Part shown: positions 41,399 to 49,543 of the stretch, in pieces
How positions within the stretch are numbered: position 1 is the first letter of the stretch
How the letters are laid out: every line of letters begins with the position of its first letter
Assembly: GCA_903873165.1 (NCBI GenBank)
Contig: CAIQNQ010000103.1
Span: forward strand, 8,387-72,386
Source: an uncultured Methylococcaceae bacterium
Lineage (GTDB): Bacteria > Pseudomonadota > Gammaproteobacteria > Methylococcales > Methylomonadaceae
Length of the DNA stretch: 64,000 bases
Direction: 5' to 3'
The notes under the pieces: generated by a model
What the model saw: only the letters and a program-made list of their open reading frames with translations
What the model was told of the DNA's origin: nothing
Database searches by the model: none
Translations under genes and position numbers: made by a program

Positions 41399-44347
41399 AT
41401 GGTCATTCGACACATATTAAATTATTTTAAAAAGATAGTGTTAATCGCTGGAATTCTTTTTTCGTGTTACGTTGTTTTAGGTGCTTTTGTTTTTCCTCAG
41501 TTATTAAAGCATAAACTTCCCGATATTATTCACCAAGAAACAGGGCGAACTGCTTTGGTTTCGGATGTTAAATTTCAACCTTTTCAACTTTCGCTTAATC
41601 TTCAGGGTCTTCAAGTTAAAGAGCCTAATGAGCAGATATTAATGGCTTTTGATGAGCTTAGTGTGGATTTGAATTTGTTTGCTTCAATTAAGCAAATGGG
41701 TTTGGTATTTGATGAGGTGGTTTTAAAAAAGCCCATTGTCAATATTGTAAGAAATAAAGAGGGAACTATCAATCTTAAAGACCTTATAAAACCTAAAGCT
41801 GAAAAAGCCCTCCCTTCAGATTCAAAAGTTTTCCCTTATGCTGTTACTCAATTATCTATTCAAGAAGGCGTGGTGTCTTGGGCGGATATGCAAGCGGATC
41901 AACTCAATAAAGAACAGATTACAGACATCAATATCAATCTGCAAAGTTTGGCAAATGTTGGAGATACACTGGCTAATTTTAATGGTTCTTTGGCATTAAA
42001 ATCAGGCGGCACTTTACATATAAAGACGGACTTTAATATCCCCAATCAATCGGCAGACGGTCATATCAGTTTAAACAAAGTGCCATTAAACACGTTGTTA
42101 TCTTTAGCCAAAGCCCCGCTTTTTCCTTTAATATTGGATGGCTATGAATTGTTAGAAACGGATTTTAGCGTGAATGGGTTTAGTCATGATGCAAAATTGC
42201 ATATTAAAAATGCGGCAGTGCAAGTGAATGACTTTAGCTTACAAGAAAAAGATCAACAAAAAGATCTTATCACGATCCCTAAGTTTTCAGTTGCCGGATT
42301 GGATCTTAATTTAAAACAAAAAACACTGAGTATTAAGTCTATTTCTGCCGCAGGCGGGAATATACAAGCGAGTTTGGAGTCGGATGGACAGCTTAATTAT
42401 GCAACTTTACTGACAAAACTAAGTGAGCCAGAAATCGCGATACCACAACCCCAAGCTAAGCCAAAAACAGTGCCCGAAAAGTCTTGGGACATTAAGGTAG
42501 CGAGTGTAGATTTGACCGATTTTGGGTTGGATTTTGAAGATAAAACTTTAAAAAACTGGGTAAAAGTTAATTTGCGGCCGATTAATTTTAATGTGACGGA
42601 TTATAGAAACGAGCCTCTTATCAAAACGCCTATTCAAGTACTCGTGGGTATTAATAATCAGGGATCAATTAAATTAACCGGCAATAGCGTAATGGAACCC
42701 TTTGCGCTCGATGGGGACATTAAAATTGAGAATGTTGACTTAGAGAAATTTCAGTCTTATTACGAAAAGTTTGTGAAACTTGATGTTATTGATGGCGCTT
42801 TAAATATGGAGGGCAAGCTGGCTTTTGCAAAATTAGATCAAGACAGGCCAGATATTCAATTTTTAGGTGACGTTGAAATTGCTAGATTACTAACGCGTGA
42901 TCAACTGCTGAATAAAGACTTTGTAAAATGGGAGAATATGGCGCTTAAAGATATAACGATTGATTATAGTGCCAATCAATATTCAGCAAAGACGTTATTG
43001 TTTGATAAACCTTATCTTAGAATTGCTATTAGAAAGGATAAAACGGCTAATTTTAGTGATATTTTGGTGGCTAATAATGCCGCTTCCCAAGACAAAGTTA
43101 AAATAGCAGCTCCTGAAGTAACAGTAGAAAAGATTAATAAGCCTAATTTTAATTTAGGGAGTGTGCAGATAAAAGAGGGTACCTCTGACTTTTCTGATTT
43201 GTCTTTAATATTGCCTTTTGAGGCGCAAATTCAAAGTTTAGATGGGGGGGCTACAGGCATTTCGTCTGAAAAAGATTCCACTATTAAGCTGAATTTGCAA
43301 GGAAGTGCTTATGATTTAGCTCCCGTGGATATTAACGGCGAAATGAGTCCCTATCAAGGTAGTTATCATGCAAAAGTAAATTTTAAGGGCTTACCCATGC
43401 CCTTGGTTACACCTTATATGGTGCAATTCTCTGGATATAAGGTTGAAAAAGGTAAGATGACCTTAGGCTTAAATTATAGTGTGGCAAAAAATGATTTATC
43501 GGCCACCAATAATTTATTGATTGATCAGTTTGAGCTGGGTGAACAGGTAGAAAACCCCAATGCAGTGTCATTACCGATTAAATTGGCCGTAGCTTTGTTA
43601 AAAGATGCGCAGGGCAGAATAAAAATTGATGTACCCATTTCGGGCAGTTTGGATGATCCGCAGTTTAACTTAGGTGGCGTTATTTCGGATGCTTTGTTCA
43701 ACGGCTTAAGCAGTTTAGTTTCATCGCCCTTTACGACTTTAGCACTGTTGATTGGTGATGAAAAAGATCTTAATTTAATTAGTTTTGAGGCGGGAAGTTC
43801 TGTGCTCACTAAGCTACAAAAAGATAAATTATTAGCTTTAGCTAAGGGGTTAAGAACACGTCCCAATTTAAATTTAGAAATTAAAGGGACTGCGTTTCAA
43901 GTTAAAGATTGGCCGATGATTAGACAAGACGCGCTTTATGAACAGCTCAAAAGACAGCGGGCTAGTGAGCTTAATAAAAATGCTAAAAAAAGAATTCGTG
44001 ATGAATATGTGCAACTGAGTGATGAAGATTACAAGCGGTTATTAGCTGATTTGTTTATTGAAAAGTTTCCTAATTTAGCAAAACGATCTATATTAGGTGA
44101 TCCCCAACTTCTTGACTCAAGTACGGGTGATTTTTATCTGATCGCTAAAGAAAAGTTGCTAACACTTTTTAAGCCGGAGCCTGAGCGACTTAAAACATTG
44201 GCAATTAAAAGAGCTCAAGCGATAGCGAATTTTTTGGTTAATGATGGCGGTTTAGCAGCAGAAGAAATTTATCTATTGGATACCCATGTTGATCTTGATT
44301 CATCTGATAAAGAAATTGCTACGATACTCTCTCTAAATGCGGATTAA
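41399..44347 (+). CDS. DUF748 domain-containing (AsmA-like) envelope protein
   Basis: 982 aa with an N-terminal TM anchor and long repetitive beta-rich regions. The assignment is by resemblance only. Confidence 0.6.
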   Translation: MVIRHILNYFKKIVLIAGILFSCYVVLGAFVFPQLLKHKLPDIIHQETGRTALVSDVKFQPFQLSLNLQGLQVKEPNEQILMAFDELSVDLNLFASIKQMGLVFDEVVLKKPIVNIVRNKEGTINLKDLIKPKAEKALPSDSKVFPYAVTQLSIQEGVVSWADMQADQLNKEQITDININLQSLANVGDTLANFNGSLALKSGGTLHIKTDFNIPNQSADGHISLNKVPLNTLLSLAKAPLFPLILDGYELLETDFSVNGFSHDAKLHIKNAAVQVNDFSLQEKDQQKDLITIPKFSVAGLDLNLKQKTLSIKSISAAGGNIQASLESDGQLNYATLLTKLSEPEIAIPQPQAKPKTVPEKSWDIKVASVDLTDFGLDFEDKTLKNWVKVNLRPINFNVTDYRNEPLIKTPIQVLVGINNQGSIKLTGNSVMEPFALDGDIKIENVDLEKFQSYYEKFVKLDVIDGALNMEGKLAFAKLDQDRPDIQFLGDVEIARLLTRDQLLNKDFVKWENMALKDITIDYSANQYSAKTLLFDKPYLRIAIRKDKTANFSDILVANNAASQDKVKIAAPEVTVEKINKPNFNLGSVQIKEGTSDFSDLSLILPFEAQIQSLDGGATGISSEKDSTIKLNLQGSAYDLAPVDINGEMSPYQGSYHAKVNFKGLPMPLVTPYMVQFSGYKVEKGKMTLGLNYSVAKNDLSATNNLLIDQFELGEQVENPNAVSLPIKLAVALLKDAQGRIKIDVPISGSLDDPQFNLGGVISDALFNGLSSLVSSPFTTLALLIGDEKDLNLISFEAGSSVLTKLQKDKLLALAKGLRTRPNLNLEIKGTAFQVKDWPMIRQDALYEQLKRQRASELNKNAKKRIRDEYVQLSDEDYKRLLADLFIEKFPNLAKRSILGDPQLLDSSTGDFYLIAKEKLLTLFKPEPERLKTLAIKRAQAIANFLVNDGGLAAEEIYLLDTHVDLDSSDKEIATILSLNAD

Positions 44348-44355
44348 TTGAGTGT

Positions 44356-44697
44356 TTACCACTCAAATATTTTCCACATATTGATGTTGCTTTCGCCACG
44401 GTCTAAATCATCTCTACGCACATCCATCTTGCCATCACCATCTCTATCGAGAAAATAGTAAGGTGGGCCAATATCGGGTATTACTTTAATCATAAAAAGC
44501 TTGCCACCCCGACGATATTCTTGAATGGTTTTTTTTTCTTTACGAATAATTGTAATATCTGGCTCCAAGACTTCACCACTTTGGGCGGGTGGAATGGGAT
44601 CAGGTGCTTCTGGAAGGGCTTCAAGTTGCGGCGGTTTATCATCAACAGCAAAAACTGGAAAAGCCAGCACAATGCTGAGTAAAATAAGATAACGCAT
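44356..44697 (-). CDS. DUF2782 domain-containing periplasmic protein
   Basis: Signal peptide, then ..PDITIIRKEKKTIQEYRRGGKLFMIKVIPDIGPPYYFLDRDGDG, which is typical of DUF2782. Confidence 0.7.
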   Translation of the reverse strand: MRYLILLSIVLAFPVFAVDDKPPQLEALPEAPDPIPPAQSGEVLEPDITIIRKEKKTIQEYRRGGKLFMIKVIPDIGPPYYFLDRDGDGKMDVRRDDLDRGESNINMWKIFEW

Positions 44698-44824
44698 AAG
44701 ATGACTCGTTTAATGTAAGGTTGATACTATCTTATTATAATTTTTAGTCACTCGCTTAACTATAATTGCAAAACCTAAGTGCTGATTCACTGGGTTATAA
44801 TATTTGATTTAAAAGGCTCGATAG

Positions 44825-46200
<1,376 letters not shown>

Positions 46201-46400
46201 GCTAATAACAATAGTGAAATAAAGACCTCTTAAGAGGATTTGTTAAAACACTGATTCCTTAGGGGCCAGAGCATCAATCAAGGGTTTCTCAGCGGGGAGT
46301 CGCTTTTTTTGATAAAGATTCCCTGGGTTCTTACTTGAAAATTTTGCACAAACTACGCGACTTTTACTGCTTTAATTGCCCCTAATTTATTCTACTTCCG

Positions 46401-46442
46401 TATCTAAGCGTTACACCCAACAGGGAGTGTAAAGCTTAGATA
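46401..46442. repeat. long imperfect hairpin in the argB-HEAT1 intergenic region
   Basis: TATCTAAGC-G-TTACAC (loop CCAACAGGGA) GTGTAA-A-GCTTAGATA gives 9+6 paired bases with one mismatch. Confidence 0.7.
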
Positions 46443-46577
46443 GGCCATTTCTTAAAGACTGTATTTTCATTGCGTTTCCATATATACGGAGTATTTACTG
46501 CTCCATATCTTCGTTACAATTTTTTTTAACTTAAATCAAGTTTAAATTTTTAACAATTTTAATAAACTCATTTCATC

Positions 46578-46603
46578 AAAAGTGTGTCATATGACACAGT
46601 TTT
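46578..46603. promoter_or_regulatory. palindromic regulator-binding site S1 (AAAAG TGTGTCAT ATGACACA GTTTT)
   Basis: The core at 46583-46598 is a perfect 16-bp palindrome. It is one of six related copies in the window. Confidence 0.7.
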
Positions 46604-46609
46604 TTTAAC

Positions 46610-46635
46610 AAAAGTGTGTCATATGACACACTTTT
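46610..46635. promoter_or_regulatory. palindromic regulator-binding site S2 (perfect 26-bp palindrome AAAAGTGTGTCAT ATGACACACTTTT)
   Basis: Read directly from the sequence. The centre-to-centre distance from S1 is 32 bp. Confidence 0.7.
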
Positions 46636-46674
46636 ATTAAATTTATTTTATGTCTATTTAATTTAATATATTAA

Positions 46675-46687
46675 TATCAATTTCTTG
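46675..46687 (+). promoter_or_regulatory. IHF-consensus-like site (TATCAATTTCTTG)
   Basis: Matches WATCAANNNNTTR and lies between the palindrome pair and the -24/-12 element. The motif carries little information in AT-rich DNA. Confidence 0.3.
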
Positions 46688-46694
46688 TGGGTAT

Positions 46695-46710
46695 TGGCGC
46701 TATTTTTGCA
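46695..46710 (+). promoter_or_regulatory. sigma54-type promoter (TGGCGC-TATTT-TTGCA)
   Basis: GG at 46696-97 and GC at 46708-09 have the canonical 12-nt offset. The match to TGGCAC-N5-TTGCW is near-consensus. It lies about 50 nt upstream of the ATG at 46760. Confidence 0.6.
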
Positions 46711-46759
46711 ATTTATACTGAGAAAATTAATAAATATTTAGGTTAATCTGTAAAATTAA

Positions 46760-47509
46760 ATGCAAAAAAAGATTAGTTTATTAAAGCTAGGCTTAAATGT
46801 TATAGGGATACTTACAATAATATCTTCAGTTAACGCAACAGAGTTGGCTAAGCGTAAAGATGCGAATAATTTTTCTCAAGTAGCACTGCAGATAGCCCAA
46901 ACTCAGCACTTAAGATTGCATTATCCAAGTCATTTGAGCAATAAGTCGGTTAATAATAAATGCCCAGAAGATACCATTGATAAAGTTGTTACTTGCTTAC
47001 TAGGCGGTGCATTTATAGATATGGTTATTAAGAGTAAGTTTGATGGTAAACCGGAAGAGGTTTGGATAGTCGATAGTCAAAATACGCATAACAGCGTTGC
47101 AAAAAATCAACTAGTGAATGTTGATGAACATAATGTCGCAAATGATTCTGCTGACTTATTAGCATTAGCACAATCTGAAGACGCTTTAGAAAGATCACAA
47201 GCTATTGGTAATATGGCAGTCTCAGAAATTAGTGACCCCATTTTAGCTAAAAAGATTCTATCAGATGCTTTAGAAGATAAAGATCCAGACATTCGGGCTA
47301 AAGCGGTTAATAGTGTAACTAAAGTGGACAATGAAAATGCTAGGTCTGTATTACTTCGTATGCTAACAGATAAAGAAGTTAGTGTTAGGCTAGCTTCTGT
47401 TGTTGCTGCCTATAATGATGAAGAAGTATTACATATGGCAGAAGGAGATAGTGATGAGCAGGTTCGTATGTTGGCTGAAATTAGTTTAAATAAGTTAAAA
47501 AGCCAATAG
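46760..47509 (+). CDS. secreted HEAT-repeat protein (copy 1)
   Basis: Signal peptide, then a C-terminal half with HEAT/PBS-lyase-like repeats (ALEDKDPDIRAKAVNSV, LTDKEVSVRLASV, DSDEQVRMLAEISL). Confidence 0.7.
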   Translation: MQKKISLLKLGLNVIGILTIISSVNATELAKRKDANNFSQVALQIAQTQHLRLHYPSHLSNKSVNNKCPEDTIDKVVTCLLGGAFIDMVIKSKFDGKPEEVWIVDSQNTHNSVAKNQLVNVDEHNVANDSADLLALAQSEDALERSQAIGNMAVSEISDPILAKKILSDALEDKDPDIRAKAVNSVTKVDNENARSVLLRMLTDKEVSVRLASVVAAYNDEEVLHMAEGDSDEQVRMLAEISLNKLKSQ

Positions 47510-47682
47510 TTTTTGAATCTAATATGACGGATTTAAACGGATGGTAGATTAATAAATGGGAATTTTATTAAGGTATTTTTCCAAAATCAAGAATACTTAA
47601 TATTTTGAGTACAAAATGATTAAGCATACCGTTGAAAAGGCATTGGTCTTTTTAATTTTAGTAATAAGTGTGGAGTTTAGAA

Positions 47683-48384
47683 ATGCAAAAAATTAAATTA
47701 GTAAAGGCAATGTCTTTGGCATTATTGAGTTTAACTACAGTGGATATAGCTTCTGCTCATGATTTGTTGGGTGGATCATTGGCTGCCGCGCAAAACTCGG
47801 TAGATGTTTTTACTACTAGTTGTTTTAGTTGGAATGGTGCGGTGCCCAATGCAGCAACGGGAATTACTTATGGCCCATTACCCGCAGGTGAAGTTGTAAC
47901 ACCAGCGAGGGGGTTTAAAGCGGCTATTAGTTTGACTGCTGGATCAACAGTGACGGCTACAATTGGTTATACCTCAGTAGGCAATATCAATGGTAATGCT
48001 GTAGGTAATAATGTATTACCAGCATCACCAGCACCTAAAGCACTCGTGGTTACTGATACTACTTTAGGTTCTGCATGGAATAAAACTAGCACGATTCTTC
48101 CTGAGTTTAATGCGTTGGGCGTGTCACCTAAAGGATTTGGTCCTGCCGGCTTTTTAGATATTACAGGTGTAGCACCTACAAAAACAAACAACGGGAATGG
48201 TGAGTACGTTATTGTGATCTCTCATGCTTCTGCGGTGGCAACTAAATATGATTTTCTAGGTCATTGTCAAACTGGCACTAGCGGATCTCTTACTGGTATT
48301 CATACAGGTCAAGGTGCAAATTTTGTAAAAGCAGGAAATCAAGTTGCGCCAACTTTTGATTATGATCAACTTATTGATCAATAG
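47683..48384 (+). CDS. secreted protein of unknown family, predicted to mature with N-terminal His (copy 1)
   Basis: The ATG at 47683 has a GGAG SD. The signal peptide MQKIKLVKAMSLALLSLTTVDIASA is followed by HDLL. It shares the conserved islands TSCFSWN, ISHAS, GHC, GIHTG and a terminal LIDQ with the 57258-57971 paralog. Confidence 0.65.
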   Translation: MQKIKLVKAMSLALLSLTTVDIASAHDLLGGSLAAAQNSVDVFTTSCFSWNGAVPNAATGITYGPLPAGEVVTPARGFKAAISLTAGSTVTATIGYTSVGNINGNAVGNNVLPASPAPKALVVTDTTLGSAWNKTSTILPEFNALGVSPKGFGPAGFLDITGVAPTKTNNGNGEYVIVISHASAVATKYDFLGHCQTGTSGSLTGIHTGQGANFVKAGNQVAPTFDYDQLIDQ

Positions 48385-48527
48385 GTTAAGTAAAGAAGTA
48401 AAATAATATTTTAACTCGATTGAAAGATACAACAAAATATTTAAACGCCCTTTAAAGGGCGTTTAATGTTTAATCTACGGTAATGAATTTAGATGTGTCT
48501 AGATAGATTAAGGTTTTATAAATAATC

Positions 48528-49280
48528 ATGAAAGAATTAAATTGCTTGGTATTAATCTTAATAATTAATATCAGTTCTCTAGTGCATGCAGACAACTTTC
48601 AATTGAAAAGTAATGAACAAAAGTCTAGCTATGCATTAGGTGTGGATTATATGAATGGTCTATATCAAGACAATCTAGCCTTGGATAATAGGGCTTTTTT
48701 GCAAGGCATAAAAGATGTGCAAGCGGGCTTGGGTTCTCGTCTTAACCCCGAAGAACAAAGACGAGCATTAAATTTTTTTATTGTAAAACGCCTTAAACAA
48801 AGACAGTTGCAAAGCGACGCTACTTTGGCTCAAGGTAAAACTTATTTGCTTGAAAATAAAAAGCATTCGGGTGTTAAAGAACAACCGAGTGGTCTTCAGT
48901 ATAAGATATTAAAAATGCCTAATAGTCAACAACAAGTCACTAGCTCAGATGGCGTTGCTATACGTTATCGACTATTTGATATCAAAGGTAAACAGTTAAT
49001 GGCATCACCTGAAGGTAATAGCCAAAAATTAGTGATAAACGCAATTTTTCCTGGTTTACAAGAAGCGTTATTGTTAATGAAAGTAGGTGAAAAAATTGAA
49101 GCAGTGATACCTCCTGAACTGGCTTTTGGGGTTAATGGTAGTCCAGATGGCTTAATTAAGCCTAATCAAACTCTAGTCTATGAGTTGGAGTTGGTAAGTG
49201 TTATTTCTGCGGAACAGGCAAAAGTTGAAATGGAAAAACCCACATTAGTGGGTGGCAAGCCAAATACTTTTGATCAGTAA
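48528..49280 (+). CDS. FKBP-type peptidyl-prolyl cis-trans isomerase (FkpA/Mip-like), periplasmic (copy 1)
   Basis: Signal peptide, an N-terminal dimerisation-type region (SYALGVDYMNGL) and a C-terminal FKBP domain (LVYELELVSV). Confidence 0.85.
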   Translation: MKELNCLVLILIINISSLVHADNFQLKSNEQKSSYALGVDYMNGLYQDNLALDNRAFLQGIKDVQAGLGSRLNPEEQRRALNFFIVKRLKQRQLQSDATLAQGKTYLLENKKHSGVKEQPSGLQYKILKMPNSQQQVTSSDGVAIRYRLFDIKGKQLMASPEGNSQKLVINAIFPGLQEALLLMKVGEKIEAVIPPELAFGVNGSPDGLIKPNQTLVYELELVSVISAEQAKVEMEKPTLVGGKPNTFDQ

Positions 49281-49324
49281 TCTATAATGATAAAGTGTTA
49301 TTATTTTTTAAAAAGCAACAAGAT

Positions 49325-49543
49325 ATGAAAGTTAAAATACTCATCATTCTATTATTCATTGGTTTTTTTCTTACAGGTTGCGCTGAAGTAAAACCTTGGC
49401 AGCGGGGTAATTTAGCTAAGTCCATCATGGCTAATGACCCATCTCCTTTACAATCTTCTTTTAGACAGCATAATTATTCCAGCCGAGAAGCGGCAGGTGC
49501 TACTAGTTCTGGAGCAACTGGTGGTGGTTGTGGCTGCAATTAA
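49325..49543 (+). CDS. DUF4266 family lipoprotein (copy 1)
   Basis: MKVKILIILLFIGFFLTGC lipobox, VKPWQRGNLAK, HNYSSREAA and a terminal GGGCGCN, which is the characteristic DUF4266 pattern. Confidence 0.8.
   Translation: MKVKILIILLFIGFFLTGCAEVKPWQRGNLAKSIMANDPSPLQSSFRQHNYSSREAAGATSSGATGGGCGCN

Noticed and set aside
46583-46598. Naming the palindrome as a known box (Fur, Zur, NifA UAS, NorR, GntR-type operator)
   Set aside because: It does not match the Fur box. The Zur box has odd symmetry (TGTTATA-N-TATAACA), whereas this site has an even-length centre. It formally fits TGT-N10-ACA and GT-N6-AC, but those patterns are too degenerate, and no nif or nor genes are nearby. I left it as the site of an unidentified regulator.
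49434-49529. Longer N-terminus of the DUF3570 copy 1 ORF as listed in the track (start 49434)
   Set aside because: It would overlap the DUF4266 gene by 110 nt and add a non-signal-like sequence. The paralog's start (MAVIKTP, 14-nt overlap) aligns with the GTG at 49530 (VAAIKSK), so I chose the shorter form.
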